DNA of 14,939 nucleotides from a virus (Duplodnaviria; Heunggongvirae; Uroviricota; Caudoviricetes): IMG/VR virus record IMGVR_UViG_2695420456_000009; one strand, 5' to 3'. Shown piece by piece: positions 13,936 to 14,939 of this stretch (position 1 is its first letter; each line of letters starts with the position of its first letter). The notes under the pieces were generated by a model. It saw only the letters and a program-made list of their open reading frames with translations, ran no database searches and was not told where the DNA came from. The position numbers and the translations under genes were made by a program.

Positions 13936-14939
13936 ATGTCGATTAAACATTACGATGTTATCAGGGCGGCGTCGCCGTCAGACCTTGCGGAAAAGCTGAC
14001 ACACAAACTGAAAGAGGGCTGGCAGCCATACGGCGGACCGGTTGCCATTACGCCGTACACACTGATGCAGGCGGTGGCTATTGAAGGAGAGCCACAGGTC
14101 GGCCCTTCATCTGAGCCGGATTGGTACTACGTCATCGTACTGGCCGGGCAGTCCAATGCCATGGCTTACGGTGAAGGGCTTCCGCTGCCGGATTCATACG
14201 ATGCTCCGGATCCGCGCATTAAACAGCTGGCGCGCCGCAGTACAGTGACGCCGGGTGGGGCTGCCTGCAGATATAACGATATTATTCCGGCCGACCACTG
14301 CCTGCATGATGTGCAGGATATGAGTACGCTGAATCATCCGAAGGCAGACCTGAGCAAAGGGCAGTACGGCTGTGTCGGCCAGGGGTTACATATTGCCAAA
14401 AAACTGCTCCCGTATATCCCGAATAACGCGGGGATCCTGCTGGTACCATGCTGTCGTGGTGGTTCGGCATTTACCCAGGGCGCGGAGGGGACATTCAGTG
14501 CGGACACGGGGGCCAGCCAGGATTCGGCGCGCTGGGGTGTGGGTAAACCGTTATATCAGGACCTGATTGCGCGCACCAAAGCTGCATTACAGAAGAACCC
14601 GAAAAATGTGTTGCTGGCGGTGTGCTGGATGCAGGGAGAGTTTGACATGAGCGCCGCCACCCACGCACAGCAACCTGCGCTGTTTACAGCCATGCTGACA
14701 CAGTTTCGTGCTGACCTCTCCGTGTTTAACGCGCAGTGCCATGGTGGCAGTGCTGCAGATGTGCCGTGGATTTGTGGTGACACGACGTATTACTGGAAAA
14801 ATACCTACGGCACCCAGTACAACACCATTTACGGGGCGTACAAAAACAGGGAGAGTGAGGGCGTTTATTTTGTGCCCTTCATGACAGACGGTAACGGCGT
14901 CAATACCGCCACTAACGCGCCGGCAGAAGATCCGGATAT
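13936..14939 (+). CDS. nanS: NanS-p-like sialate O-acetylesterase (DUF1737 N-terminus plus SGNH/SASA esterase domain), 3'-truncated by window end
   Basis: ATG 13936 with RBS GGGAGAA; N-terminus MSIKHYDVIRAASPSDLAEKLTHKLKEGWQPYGGP (DUF1737-type) followed by VLAGQSNAMAYGEG (GQSN catalytic-serine motif). Open to the window edge; not in the supplied track. Confidence 0.8.
   Translation, partial: MSIKHYDVIRAASPSDLAEKLTHKLKEGWQPYGGPVAITPYTLMQAVAIEGEPQVGPSSEPDWYYVIVLAGQSNAMAYGEGLPLPDSYDAPDPRIKQLARRSTVTPGGAACRYNDIIPADHCLHDVQDMSTLNHPKADLSKGQYGCVGQGLHIAKKLLPYIPNNAGILLVPCCRGGSAFTQGAEGTFSADTGASQDSARWGVGKPLYQDLIARTKAALQKNPKNVLLAVCWMQGEFDMSAATHAQQPALFTAMLTQFRADLSVFNAQCHGGSAADVPWICGDTTYYWKNTYGTQYNTIYGAYKNRESEGVYFVPFMTDGNGVNTATNAPAEDPD

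Noticed and set aside
12860-13936. Presence of Shiga toxin genes stxA/stxB after the tRNA cluster
   Set aside because: The position is the right one, but the sequence there encodes a TerB-like frame and a small membrane ORF; no A or B subunit signal peptide or RIP motif was seen.
14282-14783. ORFs 14282..14470 (-), 14372..14566 (+) and 14556..14783 (-)
   Set aside because: All lie inside the NanS-p-like esterase gene (13936 onward), which has a recognisable DUF1737 N-terminus and GQSN motif.
1-14939. CRISPR array, restriction-modification or other recognisable defence-system hallmarks
   Set aside because: No regularly spaced direct repeats, no methyltransferase SAM-binding motifs, no Walker-A ATPase or reverse-transcriptase motifs were seen in any convincing ORF.

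Overview
The window reads as the early/immunity-to-late control region of a Qin-like lambdoid prophage from an Escherichia-type enterobacterium, bounded on the left by a truncated IS3-family element. All calls rest on reading the sequence and on remembered protein families; no search was run. Left to right: IS3-family orfA fragment; a 416-aa unknown protein; the leftward dicB operon on the minus strand (118-aa ORF, YdfC-like, an extra 135-aa ORF, DicF sRNA, DicB, YdfD); DicA-like repressor divergent from DicC-like Cro with TTAGG-type operator repeats between them; a rightward replication module (183-aa early protein, O-like initiator with internal iterons, P-like helicase loader); a variable region (winged-helix 244-aa protein, a frameshifted remnant, and a low-GC moron encoding an orphan secreted ModA-fold binding protein); a hok-type toxin with no relBE; a DUF968/HNH protein, RusA and antiterminator Q; a three-tRNA cluster; then, where Stx phages carry stx, a disrupted TerB-like gene and a small membrane protein, followed by a truncated NanS-p-type esterase. 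The most interesting candidates for undescribed function are the low-GC binding-protein moron, the convergent 135-aa/77-aa insertion inside the dicB operon, the 416-aa protein beside the IS, and the DUF968/HNH block. No CRISPR array, reverse transcriptase or restriction-modification signature was seen.
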